Below are positions 30,309 through 40,734 of a stretch of 64,000 nt of DNA, one piece after another; positions within the stretch are counted from its first letter, which is position 1; each line of letters begins with the position of its first letter. Both the position numbers and the translations under genes were made by a program. Below the pieces are notes generated by a model. That model saw only the letters and a list, made by a program, of their open reading frames with translations. It was not told where the DNA came from and made no database searches. Source of the stretch: Candidatus Latescibacterota bacterium (lineage in GTDB: Bacteria > Latescibacterota > CBDEFO01); NCBI GenBank assembly GCA_965237525.1, contig CBDEFO010000007.1, positions 384,001-448,000 of the forward strand, in the 5' to 3' direction.

Positions 30309-31016
30309 ATGGCTGCTCTTTCAAGATGGATGATTCTGGTGCATCTTGTTTGTCTGGCAGTCTCTTGCTATGCACAGGATGAGCGGCACGGCCGCTTTGT
30401 CGGGGAGGATGGCAACAAGTCCCCGATTGAATCTATCGGGGATCATATGAAAAGGGACGCCGGGATGGTACAGATCGAGAATTTCAAGATAGACAGGTAC
30501 GAGTATCCGAATATCGTGGGGGAATATCCGCTTTATAATGTGAGTTGGTACGAAGCTCAGGCTAAGTGTAAATCTAAAGGGAAACGCCTATGTTCTGAAG
30601 CAGAATGGGAAAGAGCTTGCACCGGGATGAATAATCACGTGTATCCTTATGGGAACAGTTTCGATGAAGACAAGTGCAATACGCCCCATCAAGTGGATGG
30701 AAACTGGGGACGCGACAGGGGTATTGCAAAGATAGGAAAGTGGAAAGAATGTGTCAGCGACTATGGTGTCTATGATATGAGCGGGAATGTGTGGGAGTGG
30801 GTCGATGGGGTCTACTCTTCAAGGGAGGGATGGCGTGTGGTCAAGGGGGGATCGTGGTTTCAAAACGTGAACTTCGCGACGTGTTCTGCCAGATACGGAA
30901 GATATCTGACTCCAGATTACAGGCTGGATCTGATAGGCTTTAGATGTTGTCAGTCCCCGATTGAACCTATCGGGGATCAGTCTGTAGCGGTAGAAACAGA
31001 TGGGGACCAGAATTAA
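30309..31016 (+). CDS. Secreted FGE-sulfatase (SUMF1/EgtB/PvdO family) domain protein carrying two 19-bp hairpin insertions
   Basis: Signal peptide; IDRYEYP, KRLCSEAEWERAC, YDMSGNVWEW, GGSW, GFRCC; insertions at 30422-30440 and 30956-30974. Confidence 0.85.
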   Translation: MAALSRWMILVHLVCLAVSCYAQDERHGRFVGEDGNKSPIESIGDHMKRDAGMVQIENFKIDRYEYPNIVGEYPLYNVSWYEAQAKCKSKGKRLCSEAEWERACTGMNNHVYPYGNSFDEDKCNTPHQVDGNWGRDRGIAKIGKWKECVSDYGVYDMSGNVWEWVDGVYSSREGWRVVKGGSWFQNVNFATCSARYGRYLTPDYRLDLIGFRCCQSPIEPIGDQSVAVETDGDQN

Positions 31017-31413
31017 AGATTTGCAAGAACCTGCCGATAACGTACGTAATCGCAGGTTCTCCTCCTTTATTAAGGCTTAAGGGGGCGGGATGCCGCTTAC
31101 AGGCGGAGCGATTGTTTCCTGCATCGTCTTCCAGTGCGCGGAGGTCCAGGCAGAAGCGTGATCCGCTTCTGTACGATGGTCCCAAATTCTGAAGTAAGTT
31201 GAGGCTGTTCTCATTGTGAGATCAGCCTTTTCTTATATTGCGACAACTATCTATAATATATCTCACTTAAAATAAAGCACTTATAGGAAGTCAGCTTTCA
31301 GCTAATCGCCCTCCTCTTTCTCCTTGGAGTTCCTCTGGTGACCCCCAAGATTCAGTTTGTCAATGGAATCCCTCAGGTGATCTGGAGCAAGATGGGCTTA
31401 GCGTAGTATCATC

Positions 31414-31599
31414 TCAATCTGGTTTGTGTCCTATGAGCTTTTGGACTGTGGCAAGGTCAACACCAGAAATCACAAGCCATGAGGCGAAGCTGTGCCTCAG
31501 ATTGTGAAACTTAGTGTTAGTCATGCCTGCCCTTTCTAGAGCGCCTGCAAAGTCGTTCCTCACCTCTTGGCAGCAGCTAACTTTCTTGCTGTAGAACAC
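31414..31599 (-). pseudogene. Tyrosine recombinase/integrase C-terminal fragment
   Basis: FHNLRHSFASWLVISGVDLATVQKLIGH. Confidence 0.8.
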
Positions 31600-31849
31600 A
31601 TAGGGCTAGAAATATGTCGTGGATGTCTGCGTAAGGTTTCCCCTAAAATCTGCTTCACGGGTTTAGTGCGGTTGTCGCAGTTTCCAGTGCGAAGACTTTT
31701 TCTATTTTTGACTACTTTTACTCCCTGTTAAGAGTCTACATCCTCCCAAATTGAGTTTAAGGATCTCACCCTTTCTAAGGCCCCTATAAAGAGCATCAAC
31801 TATAACGGGATACAGATGTCGTGCGTTCTCAATGTCCGCCACGGGCGTT

Positions 31850-33415
31850 TCACTCCTGTCTCCAGATGCTCTTCATCTGCCACGCTTCCAGAGAGCGCAA
31901 GGCCGCATCGCGACCCTGAGCACGAATGGATACGCCCACGCTGTCCTTACGCTCGGGGTATACCCGGAGGGCGAGACATTGTCTGCCGTTGGCGAAGACT
32001 TCAACCACACTCCTGTCTATAAAGATCCGTAGCTTGAGGGGCTCGCCGGCTTCGAGTTCGAACGGTGCCACCTCAGGTGGACGCGCGAGCACGTCCGGCA
32101 ATAGTGAAGAGCGGGACGTGTCGATTACAAGGGCGTCCTGCTGGATTGCCTGTTCCTCTCTGTTCACCGTCAAGTGGCCGTGCCTGTAGAATCTGATGGC
32201 TGTATACTCATCACTGTCTGGTGAGCGCAGGACATTGACGCAGACCTCCCGAGCGCCATTCGGATCGATTTCGGCAGCGAGCTCCATGGCGTTTCCTTCT
32301 ATGCCCTCGAGCACGATCTCCCGGTTTGCGGGCAAGGAGGTCTCACCGACGTGTTTGCGGTCGAATCGGAGCGATTCGACCGCAGGGATGGGTTTCATGC
32401 CCAGCGTGTTGTCCTCGCGCAGGGTCAGCAGGCGCACGAGAGACATGATGTGGTCCCAGCCCTGGGTAGGTTTGCCGTTGTTGATGTTATAGATGACGTA
32501 CACACCTCCGGTGCCATCAGGCGTGGCCGATGGGGCATGGGCGCCGCCGGGCTCCATCGGTCCAAAATTGAACCGGCCGTGCGCGAAGGGTTTGAATCTG
32601 TGATGTACCTCGTCGTAATCGCCGAGCAGATACTGTGAGCCGCGCAGGTGACTGGCGAACAATAGGATGTACCTATCGCCGATCGGCCAGAAGTACGGTA
32701 CAGCGCCGTCCTCACCAGGCGCGGTGAAGATATCGCCCTCGACAAAGGGTCCGAGGTATGTCCAGCGGTTTAGATCCTGCGAAAAAAACAGATGCTGCAC
32801 CATCCGGCAGTCGTTCAAGACCATCCCGTCCCAGTGTGTGCCTGACAGCGAGTAGTACCCGTCCTTTTCTTTCCAGATGCAGGGGTCGTAAACACGGTAG
32901 GGCCGTCCCTTCTCGTCCGCCTGTATCAGGGGGATAACGGGGTTGCCGGGGATTTTCTCCCAGTTCAGGAGCAGGGGATCGTCTGACACCGCGACCATGT
33001 TGCCCGCCCGCGTGCCGTGGTACATGGCGATGACACGGTCTTTCTCCACGAGAGTGCTGCCGCTGAAACAGCTTCTTTCTATGCCCGGATAGATGGCCAG
33101 GGGCAAGTCTTTCCAGTGCACCAGGTCATCGCTTACCGAGTGGCCCCAGTGCTGGCGCGGGTCTTCCGGAGGGTAGGCCTGGTAAAAGAGGTGATACCGC
33201 CCCTGCCAGTAACACAACCCGTTCGGATCGTTCAGATTGCCCTCGGGATTGACGTAATGATAGATCGGCCGGTAGGGGTCGGAGGACAGTCGTTTGCGCG
33301 ACTCAGCGAATCGCATCATCAGTTCATCAGTTTTCAGTTGTTTCACCTGCTCATCTTGTGCGGTTGCGTAGATGCGCTGCGGGACTTTTGAGGCAAAATC
33401 CATCTGTGTACTCAT
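31850..33415 (-). CDS. Glycoside hydrolase family 32 protein
   Basis: LNDPNG, YHLFYQ, HWGH, FSGS, YDP, C-terminal IFIDRSVVEVFAN. Confidence 0.92.
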   Translation of the reverse strand: MSTQMDFASKVPQRIYATAQDEQVKQLKTDELMMRFAESRKRLSSDPYRPIYHYVNPEGNLNDPNGLCYWQGRYHLFYQAYPPEDPRQHWGHSVSDDLVHWKDLPLAIYPGIERSCFSGSTLVEKDRVIAMYHGTRAGNMVAVSDDPLLLNWEKIPGNPVIPLIQADEKGRPYRVYDPCIWKEKDGYYSLSGTHWDGMVLNDCRMVQHLFFSQDLNRWTYLGPFVEGDIFTAPGEDGAVPYFWPIGDRYILLFASHLRGSQYLLGDYDEVHHRFKPFAHGRFNFGPMEPGGAHAPSATPDGTGGVYVIYNINNGKPTQGWDHIMSLVRLLTLREDNTLGMKPIPAVESLRFDRKHVGETSLPANREIVLEGIEGNAMELAAEIDPNGAREVCVNVLRSPDSDEYTAIRFYRHGHLTVNREEQAIQQDALVIDTSRSSLLPDVLARPPEVAPFELEAGEPLKLRIFIDRSVVEVFANGRQCLALRVYPERKDSVGVSIRAQGRDAALRSLEAWQMKSIWRQE

Positions 33416-34739
33416 GTAATCATCCTTTTCGTCTGATATGAAAATTAGCCGTTCTCATCGGCAGAGGTGAAGCCGCACTTCATAGTAAACTAAAGACCGC
33501 GAGACGAGCGACACCCCTCTGCAGTACACCTTCAGCGACGTCCATAACGCCGACCTACCTGTGGTCGATGTCCAAAGGCACCACCTTGTGCACTACCGAC
33601 TTGAAGCGGGGTGTGTCGACCGTGACAAGGTGGACGAGAAGCTCATTCAGTGACTCCGTAAAGAAGGGACAGATACGCCGAACTGAGTGAGTGCCCGGTA
33701 CGGCCTCCGACGATATCGTATTGTGATACACCTTCCCGTCGAAGATATGATAACACCAGCCCTCCCTGAAAATACGACGGGACTCCAAAGGGATCGCGTT
33801 GCCCGTTGAACTGCACATGTAGCTCATCCTCGTCCTAAAGTTGTCGAAGCCCAGGCGGAAGAGGTGCCGTTGCAAAAGTTCCTGATGATGTATATGGCCG
33901 AGAGTGCAGTAGCGGACGCCCATAATTTCGAGCACATAACATCCACCGCCAGCTTGTGATGACGACTGGCTGGTACCGGGGGGCTCTTCCAGTATAGAAG
34001 CATTTATTGTGTTGTCTGCTGGACCAGGCTAGTCGGGAACCGCCTTCGTTCGATCAGGCGGAACCGGACGCTCTTTGTGGCTCAATTGGCCATTTGTCGG
34101 CGACAGCCATCAGACTGTAGTGCCCCCCTGAAAAGCGACACCAATTAAGTAACCTGGGGTAGCAGATAGAATGGTTTTCTCCACTCTTGTGGGGTCTTAT
34201 GCACCCATCATGAAGTCTGTTGAGAGGATTCCAAAGCTGTTAGCCAGATACACTCTTGCTTAAGCGTCCTGAAAAAGGGATCTACAACACTGTTCTAATT
34301 GTCCCCACTTGTGCTGTTTTGGGTCCCTGCTATTCGACTGTCAGCACCTGCTACTACCCCCAACAGATGATCCAGCTTTTCACAATCTTCGCATCCCTGC
34401 ATTCCATCAGGAGGTCTTTGATAGTCATATTTTTCTCTCACTTTTCGCAGTAATGGGAGGATAACGCTTTCTGGATCCAGTTTGAGTTCCTATACATTGC
34501 CGGAGATCGGCATATAAAACCTATTCTCTGACAAAAGATTATCGATTCCCTCTGCTGTTAGGTCGGTCTGAGGCTCGTAGTATAACAGACCAATCCTGGA
34601 TTTCGCTAAATGTGTACCAACTGACAGACGTACGATCTGAGTTATGACATCTTCTGTCACAGTCTCTACAATTTTGCGTATTCGTCAGTGTCGATCAATG
34701 CAGGAAGAAATATATAAAGGTGCAGATCAATTCGGTGGT

Positions 34740-34830
34740 AAGATACAAAAGAAGATTGGAGATGTCAATGAAATTGTGCAGCGGATCGCTCAGACAAACA
34801 ACAACTGCCAGTAGCTCTGGTTTAGAGCTC
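34740..34830 (-). promoter_or_regulatory. Repeated sigma70-like promoter module, copy A
   Basis: TTGACA-17 bp-TATCTT preceded by GATCCGCTGCACAATT. Confidence 0.65.
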
Positions 34831-34943
34831 ATTTTTCAGTGCGTACAACTTTTAGATCGCTTCCATAAACTGCGTGGGAATAGTTACGGCTGACCCGGCG
34901 CAGCTTGCTACCCGCCGTAGCGACTTCGACCTATGAAGCGATG

Positions 34944-35819
34944 TCAGCCGTACTGCTCGTGCAAACTTCGGAAGTCGCGATAGAACAGCTCGGCCGCACG
35001 TCTCAGGTCCTTCTGAAGTGATGTGTCAAAGTAGGTAAAGGCTTCGAATTCTACGCTGAGACATCCCTCGTAGCCGATGCTCTTGATCGCGTCGAAAAAG
35101 TCGGGCCAGTCCACGCAGCCCTCGCCAAGGAAGGGGAAGACGAAGGTGTCCCCAAGACTCTTGCCGGGGACGCCAGCAACGTCCTTTACGTGGCAGTGAA
35201 AGATCCGATCCGCAAGCTGATGGATGGTCCAGGAGACCGTGTTGCCATGCAGGGCCATGTGGGAAGGGTCGTAGTTCACGCCAAAGCAATCCGAGTCGTA
35301 ACGCCTCATCAGCTCGGCAAGGGTGTAATAGTCGCGGCAGATCATGCCGTAGACGGCCTCTACAGCTATCTTGACGCCAGCTTGCTCGGCGACCCGAATA
35401 ACGCGGTCATATGCATTACAGACCATTCCCCAGGCCTCGCCCTCGCTAATCTCCTGATGGAGTGTTGGTGAGCCGATCCTCATGAACGGCGCCGGGCCGG
35501 TGAAGCAGTTAACGACGCCGATCCCCAGATCGCCGGCTGCGCGCAGGCAATCCACGGTAAGCTGGATTTCTCTGTCCCGCACAGCGGAGTCAAAGTGGAC
35601 GAATTCACGCTGTACGACCCACTCCGAGATCGTCAGGCCACCGGCCTCGGTCACGCGCACAAGGGCTTGCATCTGTGCTATGGTCATAGTCTGCGGGTTC
35701 AGGTGACGCATGGAGTATCCGATGCACTGGTAGCCAATCTCTGACAGCATGGCCACGACTTGCTCGTCGGTCATCGAGCCCTGATCCAGATTCAGAAAGA
35801 AGCCTATCTCGTTGTTCAT
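34944..35819 (-). CDS. Sugar phosphate isomerase/epimerase (xylose isomerase-like TIM barrel)
   Basis: IAVE, VNYDPSH, HCHVKD, LGEG.VDW, GYEG.LSVE. Confidence 0.88.
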   Translation of the reverse strand: MNNEIGFFLNLDQGSMTDEQVVAMLSEIGYQCIGYSMRHLNPQTMTIAQMQALVRVTEAGGLTISEWVVQREFVHFDSAVRDREIQLTVDCLRAAGDLGIGVVNCFTGPAPFMRIGSPTLHQEISEGEAWGMVCNAYDRVIRVAEQAGVKIAVEAVYGMICRDYYTLAELMRRYDSDCFGVNYDPSHMALHGNTVSWTIHQLADRIFHCHVKDVAGVPGKSLGDTFVFPFLGEGCVDWPDFFDAIKSIGYEGCLSVEFEAFTYFDTSLQKDLRRAAELFYRDFRSLHEQYG

Positions 35820-36247
35820 GACGTACCTTTCTTAAAGTCCAAAGCCGCTTTTCTTAAAGCCCGAAGCCGCTTTGAAATATGCTGGCTGAGGTTCGAGTTC
35901 GAGTACGAAGCACCGGTCTCGTTCCAGTTAGAGCTCTTGTCTCGGCGCCACGTGCTTGCAGATACTTTCGTCGCTTTGCGGATAGGTTGCCCTGCACCAA
36001 TCCATCGCCATCCTTCATCACCTCCGCAGTCTGGATGTTATGGTTGGCAGGGGTATTGTTGACTTTATGCGCTTCTGCGAGCTACATACGGTATCATCAT
36101 ATCTCAAACTTCCTATCTCTCACAGACGTCCTTGCGGGTTCTTCAGATGAACTATGTATTATAGTCCATCGTATTATAGTGCATCTAGGGCCGCGTGTAG
36201 CTTCTGTTCGGGCAGAAAGATAAAAAGGTGTTGGTCTATTTGCTGGG

Positions 36248-36296
36248 AAGATACGAAATCAGGTGGTGGATGTCAATGCAATTGTGCAGCGGATCT
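36248..36296 (-). promoter_or_regulatory. Repeated sigma70-like promoter module, copy B
   Basis: TTGACA-17 bp-TATCTT with the same upstream motif. Confidence 0.65.
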
Positions 36297-36472
36297 TGTG
36301 ACCGACACACCAGCGAGTTCTGATCACAGTACTGAAAACCGACCCGTGAGCCAGTTCCACTGCAACGCTTTGTTAGGTCGCTCTCCGATGCTCGTCAGCG
36401 ATACCAAAAGCAAAATACACGATCATTATGATTGATAAATGGGGATGCTGAGCTGCACTGTTCTTGCTCGGC

Positions 36473-37369
36473 TCAATTGTCCGTCCAATACTTATCCACA
36501 TACTGCTGGATGCGTTCGCGCATGAAGCGCGAGGATTCGACCGCCCGGTCTGGCAGATAGGCAAACGCTTGGCTGGTCATGATCCCGTCGAAGCCGACTT
36601 CGGCCAGTGTTTGGAAGAAGAGATCCCAGTCGATCTCTCCTTCGCCAATGTCGAGATGTTGATGAACCCGAGCTGTAGAACCCGCAGGGTTGACCACATA
36701 GCGCCAGCCAGCTTTGTGGTTGAAGGTATCGGCCACGTGGACGTGGGCCAACACGGGCGCGGCGTGACGGATCATCGCGGCCATGTCATCGCCCAGATGA
36801 AAAGTATGCGGCGCACAGTAGAGATACTTCACCATTGGCGAGCCGATTGCCCGGATAATGTCCACCGCCAGGTTGTTGTCCTCAATAAAATCGTCCGGAT
36901 GTGCCTCCAGGTGCAGGGGAAGGCCCTTGCTCTCAAAGATGGGAACGAGTTCGTCCATTGACTTCCAGAACGCAGTTTCGCACTCCTCTGCCATCTCAGG
37001 TCCCACTCGAAAATTGGACCTTTGCGGCGACGGCCCTCTGTCGAATATGGAGTTCACTGTCTGGCATCCCACCTCGACGGCGATGTCTATGGCCCGTTTC
37101 CAGTAGCGCACGGCTGCTTCGCGCTCGTCTTCGAACGGGCTTGCCCAGCGATACGCCACCAGGGCCGAGACCAAGTCGACGCCGCACTCTCGCAGCCCCT
37201 CCTTGAATGAGCGAATGCGATCGTCGTTTGCCCGTGGCGGGTTGTATTCCGGAAAAAACTCATCACGTGAGCAGAGCTCAAGGTTCTCAAAGTCCATCTC
37301 AGCCGTTAAATGAGGGAGCCTTTCAAAGGGGACATCAGCGTGGCAGAAGGGATCCAATGCAATCTTCAT
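36473..37369 (-). CDS. IolH-like sugar phosphate isomerase/epimerase
   Basis: MKIALDP, YRWASP.EDEREAAVRYW, EAHPDDF, YLYCAPHTF, RVHQHLDIG. Confidence 0.85.
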   Translation of the reverse strand: MKIALDPFCHADVPFERLPHLTAEMDFENLELCSRDEFFPEYNPPRANDDRIRSFKEGLRECGVDLVSALVAYRWASPFEDEREAAVRYWKRAIDIAVEVGCQTVNSIFDRGPSPQRSNFRVGPEMAEECETAFWKSMDELVPIFESKGLPLHLEAHPDDFIEDNNLAVDIIRAIGSPMVKYLYCAPHTFHLGDDMAAMIRHAAPVLAHVHVADTFNHKAGWRYVVNPAGSTARVHQHLDIGEGEIDWDLFFQTLAEVGFDGIMTSQAFAYLPDRAVESSRFMRERIQQYVDKYWTDN

Positions 37370-37412
37370 TTGTTCATTCCTTTGCGAAGGGGTTAAAATC
37401 GACAGGTACTTA

Positions 37413-38933
37413 AAAGCCTTGTGAAATAGTTATGTCCCAGGCAGCGTCTGAAGCGCCGATTATGGGTCAAAGAGTAGCATATCGTATCGTTTTGCTGTGG
37501 AATAAGCAAAATAGTCTTATCAGAGTTCTGGTCAGCAAGGAACAGGAGCTGTTTGAAGAACAGGATGCACTGTCTTTGACAGACAGGGCACACATAGACG
37601 CTTTCCCCCTTCTTATGAAAGATACAAGCCTCTTGAGATTCTGTACTGTTGCAACAAGATTCAACTGTTCATTCAGTGAGGCTGGTCCTCTATAACGGGC
37701 TCGTCCCATACCGTGTTGTTGCCTGGCTTCAGCAAAGATATGTTCACTGCGTTTACGGAGTCTCCGGGAGAGTTTGTAGTCAGCTGTTAATGAGATAGAC
37801 CGTGCATGATTTCTGGCTTTCGCCTCTCGCACTTTTCTATCCCGTTCGGCCTGAATATGTGCTGAATTTGTCTTGTTTTTCCATGTAGGAATCGGTTCAA
37901 TCTTCTCATCGGCTCGCAGAGGAATATGGGGTATGATTCCCCGGTCAAGTACATCAGCGATAAAATTACCAGAACCGTAACCGGTATCGGCACTAAGTGT
38001 CTGAATGTCTTTGGGCATGGTGTATGTTTCAAGGTCATCTACCATCTTAAGGGCACTTTCGGGCTCTGCTGTCCCTGTCGCCTGCGTGCCCTGAGTCTCA
38101 AGGATTACTCTGCTTTTTGTGTCGATCAGATCATGGCCCATAAACGAGAGAAAAGCCCCTTTGCCCTTCGATTTGCTGTATAAGCGCGCGTCAGGGTCTG
38201 TAGTCGAACGGTGTGTTTGGTTCGTCCACTTTTCACCATGAAAGTCTTTATCCTGAGGATGCCCGGACCTACCCTTTGTCTTATCACCTTCAAAACCGAT
38301 TCCCTTGAGATAATCATCAAGAGAAACAGGGGGTTCTATCGGCTCAATACTTTTCACTGAAGCATCAGCTTGTATCTGAGTGCCGTCGACACTAAGGTGT
38401 TTACCGCTCACAAGACCGACATCTATGCAACACTGGACTACCTGACGCATTATCCGTTCAAACAACCCACTGGATGCCCACTTGTGATTGCGAAGCTTGT
38501 TGATCGTGCTCCTATCCGGAACCGCATCATCAAATGTCTGATGACAAAACAACCGATATGCCGCATGCATCCCCACTTCCTGACAGAGCCGATTCTCACT
38601 CAAATTATACAGATAGCCAATAAGGATCATTCGAACAACTAATTCAGGATCAATACCGGGTCTGCCATTGTCAGGGCAATAACAATCTGATACAACGTCT
38701 CGTACAAATGAAAAATCAACTGCCTCATCAATCTGACGAAGGATATGATCCTCGGGAACTAAATCCTCCATCTGAAAATAGTGAAACATCGGATTTGTCT
38801 GTTCCTGCTTTTGTGGGGTCATTGTTTCCTCCATGTATAATATTATCAATAACATAATATAATACATCGGAGCTGCTTTATCAATGCTTGTTCTATACTA
38901 CTTTCTGAATCTAAGGGTTTTTCACAAGGCTTT
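37413..38933 (-). mobile_element. IS1182-family-like insertion sequence, copy 3 (1521 bp; intact transposase 37467-38822)
   Basis: Near-identical to copy 2; TTAA at both ends. Confidence 0.92.
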
Positions 38934-38976
38934 TAATGAACTACTAATGAACTACTATATGTGGGTACAGGGAAAT

Positions 38977-39309
38977 TCATTCGATGCCGATTTGCTGCAG
39001 GAAAACGCGGGTGCGTTTGGCGATGGGCAATGGTCTGTCGAATGGCCACCGCATTCATGTCCTACTTGACGCTGGCAAGGTTGTTGTAGTCGAATTCATA
39101 CAGCACGTTCCGGAAGGCTAAGAAGTTGACTGTGCCCTTCGGCGGCTCACAGAACATGTCCATAGCTCCATTCGTAGCTGGCATTCGTAGCTGGCGGGGC
39201 TACCTCATCCAGGAGCCGCTGGCATGGTATCAGCTTTGGATCGCTTGGAAACCGCATGCCCCAGGAGTCCGCTGGACCTCCGATTGTGACATCCCCTGTC
39301 ACAGTGCAT
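38977..39309 (-). pseudogene. iolE: myo-inosose-2 dehydratase (IolE-like) remnant with large internal deletion
   Basis: N-terminus GPADSWGMRFPSDPKLIPCQRLLDEVA joined to C-terminus MFCEPPKGTVNF..F...RPLPIAKRTR. Confidence 0.65.
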
Positions 39310-39410
39310 ATGTAATTTCCATTTGGCCATCTATCAGCAACCCTATGGGCACTTGCAGCTTATATTTGCGAGGAAGGATCCGACGGTAGGGTATTGCTTA
39401 ATCAGCAGTG

Positions 39411-39500
39411 AAGATACGAAATAAGATTGTGGATGTCAATGGAAATTGTGCAGTGGATCGCTCTGGCTAACAACGACTGCCGGCAAACCTGGATTAGATC
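39411..39500 (-). promoter_or_regulatory. Repeated sigma70-like promoter module, copy C
   Basis: TTGACA-17 bp-TATCTT; about 90 bp similar to copy A. Confidence 0.65.
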
Positions 39501-39760
39501 CCCGCAATGTTGGAAGGCTCTGACATTCCCGTAATGTTCGAAGGCTATGACATTAACGAAGTGTCCTCCTTGCGGCATCGCATGGTGTTCCACGAGTCAA
39601 GTTCGGTTCAAACCCTTCGTCGTCCCCTCGTTTCAGTTCTTGTTCAGCCTCATGTGATCACTCATTTCTGAAAGCTTGCTCGATCTGCATACGTCGCTTT
39701 GCACCTACTCGACCGATACCTCTGAGACAACTGAATAGCCCGTTGTTATGCATTTTTGGC

Positions 39761-39794
39761 TTGACTTCTGGATGCTCCGATATTATTTTGGGGG
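39761..39794 (+). promoter_or_regulatory. Sigma70-like promoter, repeated at 61027-61060
   Basis: TTGACT-17 bp-TATTTT followed by GGGG in both places. Confidence 0.55.
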
Positions 39795-39989
39795 ATGCGG
39801 ATACGACAGCCGTTGCATGAGACTAGACTTCGGCAGGATGTGGTGAAAGTTTGGGTATTCGAGCAGGTGATCCCGCATCCTGTGGTGAAGTTCTAGGTAG
39901 TTTTCGGGTTTCACGCAGCAACTGGCCGCCTTATAATCTGGAAGCACGGCGCCCCAGGAATCAGAGCGGTCGGGAATCTTTATCGTTCA

Positions 39990-40654
39990 AGCCGACGGCG
40001 CGAAAGAGTATCGTTGGCCCGCGGATTGCCGTCTATGCAGCTACGGCGACGCCGGTGGATCGGCGCGAAGGTCTGCCTGTGCGTTGGCTTCCGGAAAGCT
40101 ACGAGATGCTCCGGGGTTTTGCGGCGGGCAATCTTGCCGCTGGGGCAGACGGCATTAACACGTTTAACTATTTCCTTGCCCGCCATCATCGTCCCGTGAC
40201 GGCCGAGGAGTTCTACGGTGGTCTGCGGGAGATGCGTTCGCTAGAGCAGGCCCGCAACAAGCCACGAATCCACGTAATCACCGCTGGCTTCTCGTTGCCA
40301 GAATGCGACATGCCCGAGCAGGTGCCCGTGCTCATCCGCGCCTGGAGAGAACGAAAATTTGAGATGCTGCTGGCTGCGGAAAGCCAAGGTGCTGAAGTGA
40401 CCGTGCTGGTGTACTTTGAGGGCGAAAACGGTCCCGACGATATGTGGCTCAGGATTGGCCTTCATTCCGGCAGAGAAGCCGTGGAAATTCGAGAAGGTCC
40501 CGAGGGAGATAAAGAGGATAAGTCCAGCCGCAAGAGCAAGATCGCGGTATTCAACGTACCGCCCGGCGACATCAAGGATGGAAGAAACGAACTGATCGTA
40601 CGCACGGGGAAAGTCAGCACCACGATACTGGGCATCGATGTGGATGTGCGCTGA
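39990..40654 (+). pseudogene. 3' half of a GH10-like (GHL10-type) protein
   Basis: EMLRG.A..LAAGADGINTFNYF...IKDGRNEL parallels the C-half of 61286-62758. Confidence 0.55.
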
Positions 40655-40734
40655 TGTTGTCGGTTACTCTTGGATGATCGGGGGAGTTATAAGTATACGT
40701 ATAAGTAAAAGCTGATAAATAGCTTGGGGGTCTG

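Noticed and set aside
1658..30974. 19-bp palindromes as CRISPR repeats or terminators
   Set aside because: Dispersed with no regular spacers or cas genes, no U-tails, and found inside ORFs.
31610..31700. Possible riboswitch
   Set aside because: No match to aptamer consensus motifs that I could recognise.
33555..34700. Decayed coding fragments on the minus strand
   Set aside because: Could not assign a family or reliable boundaries.
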